From the NCBI GenBank assembly GCA_963720545.1, contig OY970399.1, forward strand, positions 3,296,001 through 3,360,000: DNA of 64,000 nucleotides, given 5' to 3'. Source of the DNA: an uncultured Acidobacteriota bacterium (GTDB lineage Bacteria > Acidobacteriota > Vicinamibacteria > Fen-336). The stretch's first letter is position 1; every line of letters starts with the position of its first letter. The translations under genes and the position numbers were made by a program. This document shows, one piece after another, positions 1 to 9,134 of this stretch. The notes under the pieces are model-generated. The model saw only the letters and a program-made list of their open reading frames with translations. It was not told the origin of the DNA and searched no databases.

Positions 1-2
1 TC

Positions 3-521
3 GTCAGCTACAACACGCTCATCGCCGTGGACAACGTCGCCGGCGAGCTGCTACCGGGCATGACCGCAACCGTCTCGATCATCGCGCGCAAGGCGAGCAA
101 CCAGCTGCGCGTCCCGGCATCGGCGCTGCGTTTCCGGCCCGAGGGGTTCGAAGGCCGGCGGCGCGGCGGTGGCGGTGCGGGCGCACCCAGCGGTGGCGGA
201 GGCAGCGGCGCGCGCCAGCGCCAGGACGCTGCTTCGTCCGATGGCGCGCGTGGCGCGGGCAACGGCGCGCCGGCGGCAGTCAATGCGCGCGGGCTGGTGT
301 TCGTGCTCGGCACAGACGGCAAGCCCGCACCGATGCGCATCGAGACGGGCGTTACCGACGGCCAATGGGTGGAGGTCGTCTCCGGACTCAGCGAGGGCCA
401 GTCGGTCGTCACCGGCATCGACAGCGGCACCACGGCGGCCGTGCGGCCAGGCGCGCAGCCGACGCCCGCAGCCAACAACCCGTTCTCGCCGCAGCGGCAG
501 CCGACCCGCCGCACCCGCTGA
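3..521 (+). CDS. Efflux transporter periplasmic adaptor subunit (MacA/HlyD-like), 5' truncated by window edge
   Basis: C-terminal adaptor motifs LLPGMTATVSI, VPASALRF, IETGVTDGQWVEVVSGLSEGQSVV; directly upstream of ABC ATPase and permease. Confidence 0.85.
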   Translation, partial: VSYNTLIAVDNVAGELLPGMTATVSIIARKASNQLRVPASALRFRPEGFEGRRRGGGGAGAPSGGGGSGARQRQDAASSDGARGAGNGAPAAVNARGLVFVLGTDGKPAPMRIETGVTDGQWVEVVSGLSEGQSVVTGIDSGTTAAVRPGAQPTPAANNPFSPQRQPTRRTR

Positions 522-523
522 CG

Positions 524-1288
524 ATGGCCGACGCGGCCGTCATCCGCCTCGCCGATGTCAAGAAGTCGTACCTCGTCGGCGACGTCACGGTGCACGCGCT
601 GCGCCACGTCGACCTGAGCCTCGAGCGCGGCACCTTCACCGCCATTGTCGGCTCGTCGGGCAGCGGCAAGTCGACGCTCATGAACATCCTCGGCCTCCTC
701 GACCGGCCGTCGTCCGGCACCTATGCGCTCGAGGGCGTGGACGTCTCCAACTTCGACCGCGACGCGCGCGCGCAGTTCCGCAACCGCAAGATCGGCTTCG
801 TGTTCCAGAACTTCAACCTGTTGCCGCGCACCACCGCCACCGAGCAAGTCGAGCTGCCGCTGCTGTACGGCGGCCGCAACGTGCCGGCCGCCGAACGCCA
901 CAAGCGTGCCGAGGAGCTGCTGCGCGCAGTGGGCCTGGGCGAGCGGGCGCACCACACGCCGAACCAGCTCTCCGGCGGCCAGCAGCAGCGGGTCGCCATC
1001 GCGCGCGCGCTGGTCACCGAGCCCGAGATCGTGCTCGCCGACGAGCCCACCGGCAACCTCGACAGCCGCACCAGCATCGAGATCATGGAAATCCTGCAGC
1101 GGCTCAACCGCGAGCGCGGCCTCACCGTCATCCTCATCACCCATGAGCCCGATATCGCCGAGTACGCGCAGCGCATGGTGACGCTGCGCGACGGCAGGAT
1201 CGTCAGCGACTCTCCGGTGGCCAGGCGGCGCGACGCGGTCGCCGAGCTGCGTGCGTTGCCGGCGCCGGAAGTGGAGCAGGAAGCATGA
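524..1288 (+). CDS. ABC transporter ATP-binding protein (MacB/LolD family)
   Basis: Walker A GSSGSGKS, signature LSGGQQQRVAIARAL, Walker B VLADEPTGNLD, H-loop ITHE; ATG 2 nt after the upstream stop. Confidence 0.95.
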   Translation: MADAAVIRLADVKKSYLVGDVTVHALRHVDLSLERGTFTAIVGSSGSGKSTLMNILGLLDRPSSGTYALEGVDVSNFDRDARAQFRNRKIGFVFQNFNLLPRTTATEQVELPLLYGGRNVPAAERHKRAEELLRAVGLGERAHHTPNQLSGGQQQRVAIARALVTEPEIVLADEPTGNLDSRTSIEIMEILQRLNRERGLTVILITHEPDIAEYAQRMVTLRDGRIVSDSPVARRRDAVAELRALPAPEVEQEA

Positions 1289-2505
1289 GCCTGCGGGAGA
1301 CGCTGCGCATCGCCATGATCGCGATCCGCCGCAACAAGGTGCGCTCGGCGCTCACCATGCTCGGCGTCATCATCGGCGTCGCCTCGGTGATCGCGATGAT
1401 CGCGCTCGGCTCGGGTGCGCGCCAGGCGATCGACGAGCAGATCCAGAGCCAGGGGACGACGCTCATCTACCTGTCGTCCGGCAGCTTCAACCGCGGCGCC
1501 GGCGGCGTGCGCGGCGGCGCCGGCACCATCACCACCCTGACCATGGACGACGCGGTCGCGGTGTCGCAGCTGCCGCAGGTCGCGCACTGGACGCCGGTGG
1601 TGCAGGGGCGCGCGCAAGTGGTGGCGGGCAACATGAACTGGAACACCCAGGTGCAGGGCGGCAACGAGGACTTCCTCGCGGTGCGCAACTGGGTGATCGC
1701 CGACGGCCTCAACTTCACGGCGCGCGAGGTGACCACCGCCGACAAGGTGTGCCTGCTCGGCGACACCGTCACGCGCACGCTGTTTCCCGACGGCAACGCC
1801 GCGGGCCAGACGATCCGCATCAAGAACCTGCCGTTCCGCGTGCTCGGCACGCTCGCCGCCAAGGGCCAGGGGCAGTTCGGCCAGGACCAGGACGACTTCA
1901 TCATCGCGCCCTACACGACCATCCAGAAGAAGCTGCTCGGCATCACCTACCTGAACCAGGTGTCGCTCGCCGCGCACACCACCGACGACGTCGAGCCGCT
2001 CGCCACCGCCATCACGCGGCTGATGCGCGAGCGCCACCGCATCTCGAACCCCGACGACGACGACTTCAACGTGCGCACGGTCGAGGAGCTGGCGCAGACC
2101 CGGGTGCAGATGGCGCAGACCATGACCGGGCTGCTGATGAGCGTGGCCTCGGTGAGCCTTTTGGTCGGCGGCATCGGCATCATGAACATCATGCTGGTCT
2201 CGGTGACGGAGCGGACCAAGGAGATCGGGCTGCGCATGGCCATCGGCGCGCGCACCGGCGACATCCTCCGCCAGTTCCTGACGGAGGCCGTGGGATTGTC
2301 GGTGGTCGGCGGGTTGCTGGGGATGCTGCTCGGTATCGTGGTGTCGAAGGTGGTGTCGGAAACGCTCGGCTGGCCGACAGTGATCACACCGTCGTCCATC
2401 GCCATCGCCTTTGCCTTCGCGGCCGCGGTCGGCGTGTTCTTCGGCTACTACCCGGCGAAGACCGCCGCCAACCTCGACCCCATCGACGCCCTGCGCTACG
2501 AGTAG
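1285..2505 (+). CDS. ABC transporter permease (MacB/FtsX family)
   Basis: RSALTMLGVIIGVASV and GGIGIMNIMLVSVTERTKEIGLRMAIGA motifs, C-terminal LDPIDALRYE; ATGA overlap with ATPase. Confidence 0.95.
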   Translation: MSLRETLRIAMIAIRRNKVRSALTMLGVIIGVASVIAMIALGSGARQAIDEQIQSQGTTLIYLSSGSFNRGAGGVRGGAGTITTLTMDDAVAVSQLPQVAHWTPVVQGRAQVVAGNMNWNTQVQGGNEDFLAVRNWVIADGLNFTAREVTTADKVCLLGDTVTRTLFPDGNAAGQTIRIKNLPFRVLGTLAAKGQGQFGQDQDDFIIAPYTTIQKKLLGITYLNQVSLAAHTTDDVEPLATAITRLMRERHRISNPDDDDFNVRTVEELAQTRVQMAQTMTGLLMSVASVSLLVGGIGIMNIMLVSVTERTKEIGLRMAIGARTGDILRQFLTEAVGLSVVGGLLGMLLGIVVSKVVSETLGWPTVITPSSIAIAFAFAAAVGVFFGYYPAKTAANLDPIDALRYE

Positions 2506-2536
2506 CAACACGCTCACCACTTCGTGAGCGTGTTGC
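2505..2536. terminator. 13-bp perfect hairpin between convergent genes, probable bidirectional terminator or stabiliser
   Basis: GCAACACGCTCAC-cacttc-GTGAGCGTGTTGC directly after the stop; no U-tract. Confidence 0.55.
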
Positions 2537-2579
2537 GTATCCTGAGCCTAAGGTCGCTCGCTGGCGCGAAGGATCCCTC

Positions 2580-4241
2580 TTACTTGCCCTCGAGCGACTT
2601 CTTCCGCACCGCCTCGAACTCGTCGCCGGGCTTCCATGCGGGCGTCTTCACGGAATTCGCCACCCGCACGCCGACGTCGAACAGCAGCTGCGCGTCCTGT
2701 ACCGCGCCGGAATAGTCCCAGTCGGAGCGCACCTCGTCGCTCGGCTGGTGGTAGTCCTTTGCCTCGAAGTCTTCCTTCTTCTGCTTGCCGTATCCCGCCG
2801 GCTTGCCGATGACGTCAGTGCCGGTGTTGAAGTGCGAAGCCGGGATGCCGACCTTGGCGAAGTTGAAGTGGTCGGAGCGGTAGTAGAAGCCCTTGTCGGG
2901 GAACTGGTCGCCGACGATGGTGCGCTTCTGCGCCAGTGCCGCTGCCTTGACGAAGTCGTCGAGGCTCGACTTGCCGAGGCCGATGACGCCGAAGTCGCGG
3001 GTCTCGCCCATCATGCCGAGGCCGTCCATGTTGATGTTCGCGACGAACTTGCCCGCGGGGATCGGCAGGTGGTTCGAGAGGTATTCGGAGCCGAGGAGGC
3101 CCTGCTCTTCGGCGGCGACCGCCGCGAAGTAGATGGTGCGCTTCGGCTTCGGCTGGAGCGCCTGGAACGCGTCGGCGATCGCCAGCATGCCGGCAACGCC
3201 CGAGGCGTTGTCGATGGCGCCGTTGTAGATCGCGTCCTCGCCCGGCTTGGCGTTCGGGTTGATGCCGAGGTGATCGTGGTGCGCCGAATAGATAACGGCT
3301 TCCTTGGCGAGCACCGGATCGGCGCCCGGCAGCTTGCCGATGACGTTGGCGGTCTGCTTCTTCTTCACCTGGTTCTTGAGCAGCGCCGACAAGGTGACGC
3401 CGAGCGGCACCGGCTTGAAGTCGGCCTTCTCGGCAGCGGCGCGCAGCGTGTCGAGGTCGGCGCCGCCGAGCGCCGCGATCTTGCGGCAGGTGTCTTCCGC
3501 GCACCAGCCCTTGAGCGCCATCAGCTCCTCGCCTTCGGCAGGCGGGATCGAGAAGCGCTCGCCGGTCCACCCGCTCTGCACCACCGTGAACGGGTAGGCA
3601 GCCGACGGCGTCGTGTGGATGATGATGGCGCCCGCGGCGCCCTGGCGTGCGGCGCTTTCGTACTTATAGGTCCAGCGGCCGTAGTAGAGGCGCGTCTTGC
3701 CGCCGAAGAGGTTGGGATCGCTCTCCGGGTCGTTGTTCATCATCAGCAGGATCTTGCCCTTGAGGTCCACGCCCTTGAAGTCGTCCCACTTGTATTCGGG
3801 CGCCTGGATGCCGTAGCCGACGAACACCACTTCGGCGTCGTCGAGCTTCACTTCCTCCTTCGGCACGTCGGCGAACGCGATGAACTCGTCGTACGACTTG
3901 ACGGTGACGCTCTTGTCGCCCTTCTTGAAGGTGAACGTTTCGGGCATGGCGGTGTCGATACCGAAGACATCGAACGGCTGCAACCAGGTGCCGTCGGGCG
4001 CGCCGGGCACGAGGCCGGCGTGCTCCATCTGCGACACGATGTAGGCCTCGGCCAGCTGGTCGCCGCGAGTCGCCGGGCCGCGGCCTTCGAGGAGGTCGCT
4101 CGCCAGGAAGCCGATATGCGCCTTGAGCGTGTCGGCCTTGATTGCGGCCGACGCCTTCTGCGCGGCCGAGGGTGCGGGCGCCTGGGCGAAAACCGGGGCG
4201 GCCAGGGATGCGAGCGAGAGGAAAAGGGCGAAATGTTTCAT
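2580..4241 (-). CDS. M28 family metallopeptidase with PA domain, secreted
   Basis: Signal peptide MKHFALFL..AQ; SAHHDHLG, NGAIDNASG, AEEQGLLGS, NINMD, RSDHFNF, YHQPSD motifs. Confidence 0.92.
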   Translation of the reverse strand: MKHFALFLSLASLAAPVFAQAPAPSAAQKASAAIKADTLKAHIGFLASDLLEGRGPATRGDQLAEAYIVSQMEHAGLVPGAPDGTWLQPFDVFGIDTAMPETFTFKKGDKSVTVKSYDEFIAFADVPKEEVKLDDAEVVFVGYGIQAPEYKWDDFKGVDLKGKILLMMNNDPESDPNLFGGKTRLYYGRWTYKYESAARQGAAGAIIIHTTPSAAYPFTVVQSGWTGERFSIPPAEGEELMALKGWCAEDTCRKIAALGGADLDTLRAAAEKADFKPVPLGVTLSALLKNQVKKKQTANVIGKLPGADPVLAKEAVIYSAHHDHLGINPNAKPGEDAIYNGAIDNASGVAGMLAIADAFQALQPKPKRTIYFAAVAAEEQGLLGSEYLSNHLPIPAGKFVANINMDGLGMMGETRDFGVIGLGKSSLDDFVKAAALAQKRTIVGDQFPDKGFYYRSDHFNFAKVGIPASHFNTGTDVIGKPAGYGKQKKEDFEAKDYHQPSDEVRSDWDYSGAVQDAQLLFDVGVRVANSVKTPAWKPGDEFEAVRKKSLEGK

Positions 4242-4277
4242 GACCCGGTAGCATACCAAGCAAGCAACGGGTGACCG

Positions 4278-4772
4278 GTGAAACCTGAAAGAGTCGACGA
4301 AAAGGCACAACGAATCACCCGCGAGTTCCGCCAGACGATCCATGGCACGCCGGCGCAGGCGTTTCCCCTCCTGTGCCCGGTGCGCGAGCGCGACTGGGCC
4401 GAGGGCTGGGAGTGCGCCGTGCTTCACTCGGAGTGCGGCTTCGCCGAACAGGGCGCCGTATTCACGACGCCGCATCACGGCGAGAGCGAGACCGTCTGGG
4501 TCATCACCGGCTACGACTCGCCGCGGCGGATCACGTTCGTGCGGGTGACACCGGGTGAGACCGCGGTAGACATCGCGATCGACGTCGCACCGCTCGGCGA
4601 CAACGAATCGACGGTGGACATCCGCTACACGTACACGAGCCTCGGCCCGCGCGGCGACAAGCGTCTCGCTGCGATCACCGAAGAGGCGTGGCGCGCCGAC
4701 ATGGAATTCTGGGAGCGGGGCATGAACCACTACCTCGCCACCGGGGAGATGCTGCGCTCCGGCCACGAGTAG
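4278..4772 (+). CDS. Hypothetical protein, SRPBCC/START-like fold
   Basis: Clean ORF with AFPLLCPVRERDWAEGW N-terminus, beta-rich core and C-terminal helix (WERGMNHYLATG). Confidence 0.6.
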   Translation: MKPERVDEKAQRITREFRQTIHGTPAQAFPLLCPVRERDWAEGWECAVLHSECGFAEQGAVFTTPHHGESETVWVITGYDSPRRITFVRVTPGETAVDIAIDVAPLGDNESTVDIRYTYTSLGPRGDKRLAAITEEAWRADMEFWERGMNHYLATGEMLRSGHE

Positions 4773-4798
4773 TCCGCATCGCGGGCGGCGCGTTCGCG

Positions 4799-5395
4799 AT
4801 GGGCGACGACGCCGGCCGGCCGGACGAAGCGCCGGTGCACGAGGTGCGAGTCGCCGCTTTCGCGCTCGGCGCCACCGCCGTGACGAACGAAGAGTACGCG
4901 CGGTTTCTCGCGGCCGGGCTCGCCGCGTCACCGCCGTGGTGGGGCAAAGCCGGCTTCGACCACCCGCGGCAGCCGGTGGTCGGCGTCAGCTGGTTCGATG
5001 CCCAGGCGTGCGCGGCATGGTTCGGCTGCCGTCTGCCGACCGAGGCGGAGTGGGAGTTCGCGGCGCGCGACGACGGGCGCTGGGCGCCTCCAGACGTTCC
5101 GGCGGCTGCGCTTGACGGTCCATGGCTGGTCGGCCTTGGCAGCGCGAACGGCCTCGGCCTCTTCGACATGGGCACCGCGGTGCACGAATGGTGCGCCGAC
5201 TGGTACGACGCCGGCTTCTACGACATGTCGCCGCGCGACCACCCGCGTGGTCCGGCCGCAGGCACGCGGCGCGCGAGCCGCGGCGGCTCGTGGCGGCATC
5301 ACCTGCGCTACTCGCGACCCGCGGCGCGCAGCAGCCTGCCGCCCGAATCGCGCTACGCCGACTACGGCTTCCGACTCGTGAGTGACGTCAGTTGA
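4799..5395 (+). CDS. SUMF1/EgtB/PvdO (formylglycine-generating-enzyme fold) family protein; start uncertain
   Basis: VTNEEYARF, QPVVGVSWFDAQA, RLPTEAEWEFAAR, NGLGLFDM..VHEWCADWY, RGGSW, GFRL. Confidence 0.85.
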   Translation: MGDDAGRPDEAPVHEVRVAAFALGATAVTNEEYARFLAAGLAASPPWWGKAGFDHPRQPVVGVSWFDAQACAAWFGCRLPTEAEWEFAARDDGRWAPPDVPAAALDGPWLVGLGSANGLGLFDMGTAVHEWCADWYDAGFYDMSPRDHPRGPAAGTRRASRGGSWRHHLRYSRPAARSSLPPESRYADYGFRLVSDVS

Positions 5396-6065
5396 GCGTG
5401 AACTTCACAGTGACGCTCATCAGCACCGCCACCGGCACCCCCGAGAGCAGCGTCGGCGTGTAGCGCCACTGCTGCACGGCCTCGACCGCCGCGCGCTGCA
5501 GCAACTGCGGGCCGGACACGACCCGGGCATCGGTCACGTTGCCGTGCGGATCGATGACGCACTCGACCACCACCGTGCCCTGCACCCGTGCCGCGCGCGC
5601 GATCGCGGGATACACCGGATCGACCTGCCGCAGCTTCACTGGCGCCCGCACGTCGCCGCCCACGCGAATGAGCCGCGGCGGATCGGGCGCGGCCGCCATG
5701 CCGGCGATATCGACGCCAATGGTCCCGACGCCGACGTCGTCAACGCCGCCGCAACCAGCACCGCTACACACCTCGCCAACGCCCGCCGGGCCGATGCTTG
5801 CGTCGGCCAGCAGGTCTTCTGGCACGGGCAGCTCATCGGGAACAGCCACCGCAGTGGCGTTCGCCGGCGTCGTAGCCTGGCGAGAGCGGAGAACCCGTGT
5901 CGCAACCACGGCGCGCGGCGGTGCCGGCACCACCAGCACCGGCGTCTCCCAGATCTTGCCGGCGGCAGCGACTACCGGCAGCTCACCGCGCGAGAACCCG
6001 TCGCCAAACCACAGCCCAGCGATGGCGACAGCATGCACCAGCACCGAAAGGACCGCTCTTCGCAT
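5388..6065 (-). CDS. tonB: Energy transducer TonB family protein
   Basis: N-terminal TM with SVLVH, Pro-rich linker, TonB_C domain (PVYPAIARAARVQGTVVVECVID..AAVEAVQQWRYTP); SD GAGGAGG. Confidence 0.85.
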   Translation of the reverse strand: MRRAVLSVLVHAVAIAGLWFGDGFSRGELPVVAAAGKIWETPVLVVPAPPRAVVATRVLRSRQATTPANATAVAVPDELPVPEDLLADASIGPAGVGEVCSGAGCGGVDDVGVGTIGVDIAGMAAAPDPPRLIRVGGDVRAPVKLRQVDPVYPAIARAARVQGTVVVECVIDPHGNVTDARVVSGPQLLQRAAVEAVQQWRYTPTLLSGVPVAVLMSVTVKFTLN

Positions 6066-6085
6066 GGCCCCTCCTCATCGCTGGC

Positions 6086-6113
6086 TTGGACACCGCGCGG
6101 GAAGCGAGGTTCC
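6086..6113 (-). promoter_or_regulatory. Putative ECF-sigma (sigmaE-type) promoter of tonB
   Basis: Minus strand GGAACC-N16-GTCCAA, 20 nt upstream of the ATG. Confidence 0.55.
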
Positions 6114-6196
6114 GGAAAGACGTGCGGCATCACACCGTTGCTTTTCGACTGGAGAAAGGACGTGCGCGACGCGGACGGCGTCGCAGGTCTCCCGAC

Positions 6197-7471
6197 CTAT
6201 GAGATGGGTTTGGAATCCCTAGTCGATCTTGCGTCCTGCGCCAATGCTATGGCGGTTTCGTAGTCCGCGAGGCAGCGCGCCTCGGAATGCTCGACGGCGA
6301 CGTGGGCCGCGGCGGCCGTGCCGAGGCGGGCACGCAGTGCGCTGCTCGCAGCGAGGCGCAGGAGTGCGCGGGTCACCTCGCCTTCCTCGTCGGTGACCCG
6401 CACCTTGACCACCGCGTCGGCCGGAATTGCGGCGAAGTTGTCGAGGTCGGAGACGATGGTGGCGCGGCCCTGGGCCAGGACGCGCAGCAGCGCCGCCGAG
6501 GTTTCGCGCGCGGTGGGGTAGCGCAAGTGCACGGCGATGTCGGTGGCCGCGATGTGGGCGGGCAGTTCCTCGAGCGGCACGCGTCCCGTGACGATCGCCT
6601 TGTCCGCGATGCCGGCTGCGGTGAGTGCCGCGTCCAGACCACTGCGGTCGGGCACAGGGCCGACGAGCAGCAGGCGCAGCGGCGCACCGAGGCGGATTGC
6701 CCGGCCCACGGCGCGGGCAAGAACGTCCACTTCCTTCTCGGCGGTGAGCAGGCCGAACGTGGCGACGACGATCTCGGAGCCCCTGATGCCGAGGTGCGTG
6801 CGTAGTTCGTCGATCACGGACGCGCCGACCGGCGGTGGCTCCTGCATCGGCATGGCGAGCGGCGTCACCAGGGCGTCCGGCACCTCGGCGAGCACGCGGT
6901 CGAGAAGCGCGCGGTTGTGGCCGGCGATCACGTCCGCCGCGGCCGCGGGACCGCGGAAGAACGGATAGGCGTAGGGCAGCAGGCGGCCGGTGGTCTCGAG
7001 CTGAACATCGGCGAGCAGCGGCTGCGCTGGATACTCGGCGGCGAGCTCGGTGCGGTAGCGCTCGAGCGATTGGCGCGCGGCGTCGCGCAGCGCGGCGTTC
7101 GACGGATCGGCGCGATAGGCGACGACCGCGGCAGATTCGGTGAGCAGCCTTGCGCGCGCGTGATGCAGCACCAGGTCGTGCAGCACCAGCAGGCCGCCGA
7201 TGCGCTGCACGGCATCGAGAACGAACCGGTACTCGGTGCCGTTGCCGAGCTGATGGATGACGGCGTCGTACTCGAGGCCGCGTGCTTCGGCGGCGTACTC
7301 TTGAAACGGCAATACCCGCAGCTGCGGCAGGTTGAAGGCGGCCGTCTCGGGCTGGTCCACGAACACGTCGATCTGGTGGCGCGGCTCCAGCAGCCTCAGG
7401 ACGTCGGCGGCGTAATCGGCGACCCCGCTCGGCGCGGGCGGCAGCGGCGTGAAGAAGGCGAGCCGGCTCAC
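6197..7471 (-). CDS. Glycosyltransferase family 4 (GT-B)
   Basis: FTPLPPAPSGVADY N-terminus, LVLHDLVLHH, FGLLTAEK, LRYPTARETSAALLR acceptor/donor motifs. Confidence 0.85.
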   Translation of the reverse strand: MSRLAFFTPLPPAPSGVADYAADVLRLLEPRHQIDVFVDQPETAAFNLPQLRVLPFQEYAAEARGLEYDAVIHQLGNGTEYRFVLDAVQRIGGLLVLHDLVLHHARARLLTESAAVVAYRADPSNAALRDAARQSLERYRTELAAEYPAQPLLADVQLETTGRLLPYAYPFFRGPAAAADVIAGHNRALLDRVLAEVPDALVTPLAMPMQEPPPVGASVIDELRTHLGIRGSEIVVATFGLLTAEKEVDVLARAVGRAIRLGAPLRLLLVGPVPDRSGLDAALTAAGIADKAIVTGRVPLEELPAHIAATDIAVHLRYPTARETSAALLRVLAQGRATIVSDLDNFAAIPADAVVKVRVTDEEGEVTRALLRLAASSALRARLGTAAAAHVAVEHSEARCLADYETAIALAQDARSTRDSKPIS

Positions 7472-8754
7472 CGCGTCGCGAACAGCGCGAACTCCTGCGG
7501 CCCGTAGAGCAGGCCGTTGAGGCGGGCGATGTTCTCGTTCAAAGCCTGTGCGGCGAGCGGCGGCAGCCCGTCCGTCGGCACCGCCTGCAGCTGCGCCGCG
7601 GCCTCCACCGGCCGCAGGTATTCGACGCGCACGTCGGTGAAGCCGGCCGCCGCCGCAAAGAAGGCGAGCGTGTCGGGATGCAGCGGCTTTTCATGGCTCA
7701 GGTCGCGCTGGAACACTTCGAGAAGCCCGGTCACCGAGCGCACGTTCACTGTCTCGAGGATCAGCAGCCCGCCCGGGTGCAGCGCGCGATGCGCCTCGAC
7801 CAGCACACCGTGCAGCACGCCCGGCGCCAGGTGCTCCGCCACCTGCGCGGCGAAGATGCCGCCGAGCGATGAGGTGGCGACCGCGCCGAGAAAGCCGAGC
7901 AGGTCGGCTTCGAACGCCTGCAGGCCTTGCGTGCGGCAGGCCTGCACCGCCCGCGCGTTGGAGTCGACGCCGCGCGCCTCGATGCCGGCTTCGCGCAGCA
8001 GTTCGAGGAACTCGCCGCGGCCGCAGCCGAGCTCGACCACGGGCGCATGGCCTTGCAGCTGCGCGACGTAGGGCCGCAGCCGCTCGCGAATCTCGGCGGG
8101 CGCGCCGCGATACTCGTTCTCGAACGCCTCGTAGATCGCCGAATCCATCGCGCGGGCGGCAAAGCCCGCCATGTCGAACTCGAGCGGCGTCTGCTCGATC
8201 GAGTCGCGCAGCGCGCGCAATTGCTCGGAGGCGGTCTCGAGCCGCTGGCGCATTGCCTGCATGCCCTCGAGCCGGCGGCTCATTTCCTCCTGGCGCCGGT
8301 CGAACGTCTCGAGGATGAGCTCCGCGCGCGCGCTGGTGAGCGCCGACTGCATCCGGTCGCGCGCATCGACCATCGGCTGCACGCGCTGCATGTACGCGAC
8401 CACCGCCGCCACCAGCGCGCCCGAGCGGTCGTGCAGGCGCGTGGTCTCCTGCACGAAGCCGTTCAGCAGCTGCACCAGCACCGAGTTGAAGGCTTCCTGC
8501 CGCGCCATCGCCGGCTGTACCGCGTTCCACACGGCGCGGCGATGGCGGCCCGCGAGCCCGCTCCCCGCTTCGGGCTGCGGAACTTTCCACAGCTCCTGCA
8601 GCTTCGCGAGCTGCCCGGGCAGGGTCGTGAGCTTCTCGGCGAGCACCGGTTCGCCGGCGAGCGCGTCCACGGCGGCCAGCACCTGCGCGTACGCTTCCTC
8701 TTCCTGGGCGAGGCGGGAGCGCAGCTCGTCGAACGGCGGGGCGCTGTCGCTCAC
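7468..8754 (-). CDS. Class I SAM-dependent methyltransferase with N-terminal coiled coil
   Basis: YEAFENEYRG, motif I VVELGCGRGEF, QVAEHL, LHPGGLLILETVN; heptad-rich N-terminal half. Confidence 0.85.
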   Translation of the reverse strand: MSDSAPPFDELRSRLAQEEEAYAQVLAAVDALAGEPVLAEKLTTLPGQLAKLQELWKVPQPEAGSGLAGRHRRAVWNAVQPAMARQEAFNSVLVQLLNGFVQETTRLHDRSGALVAAVVAYMQRVQPMVDARDRMQSALTSARAELILETFDRRQEEMSRRLEGMQAMRQRLETASEQLRALRDSIEQTPLEFDMAGFAARAMDSAIYEAFENEYRGAPAEIRERLRPYVAQLQGHAPVVELGCGRGEFLELLREAGIEARGVDSNARAVQACRTQGLQAFEADLLGFLGAVATSSLGGIFAAQVAEHLAPGVLHGVLVEAHRALHPGGLLILETVNVRSVTGLLEVFQRDLSHEKPLHPDTLAFFAAAAGFTDVRVEYLRPVEAAAQLQAVPTDGLPPLAAQALNENIARLNGLLYGPQEFALFATR

Positions 8755-9080
8755 GCGCGCGGCGGCCGCTTTTCCAGGAACTCGAGGACCAGCCCGTCGA
8801 TCGACAGGTCTGCCGAGACCGGCAGCGGCTTCGGGTCGTACTGGCCTTCCTGCACCGAGCCGATCACGGCCTTGTGCTGGTCTTCCATGTAGCCGAGCAC
8901 CGCCTTCTCGTCCACGAGGTCGCGCAGCTTGTCGGCGACGTTCTGCCGCCGCGCGCCGAGGATCTCGCCGCCCTTGTAGACGAGGGTCTCGATCACCGGG
9001 TTCTTGGCGCCCTTGTACTCGGTCTGCACGTGGTAGGTCGTGCTGCGGCGCTTGACGTCGGTGTTGAAGCCCGAATTCAT
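8751..9080 (-). CDS. Conserved hypothetical protein
   Basis: GFNTDV..YHVQTE..ETLVYKGGEILG pattern; GTGA-coupled to the methyltransferase; typical codon usage. Confidence 0.7.
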   Translation of the reverse strand: MNSGFNTDVKRRSTTYHVQTEYKGAKNPVIETLVYKGGEILGARRQNVADKLRDLVDEKAVLGYMEDQHKAVIGSVQEGQYDPKPLPVSADLSIDGLVLEFLEKRPPRA

Positions 9081-9116
9081 CGCTGCGCCGTCCAGGTGCG
9101 GGGGTCCATTGACGCC

Positions 9117-9126
9117 ATCCTATAAT
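9117..9126. promoter_or_regulatory. Overlapping divergent -10 hexamers (TATAAT on +, TAGGAT on -)
   Basis: ATCCTATAAT between divergent starts; TATAAT lies 8 nt before ATG 9135. Confidence 0.55.
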
Positions 9127-9134
9127 GACGGTCC

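Noticed and set aside
9109..9126. TTGACG and TATAAT as a -35/-10 pair
   Set aside because: Spacer is only 6 nt; only the -10 is credible
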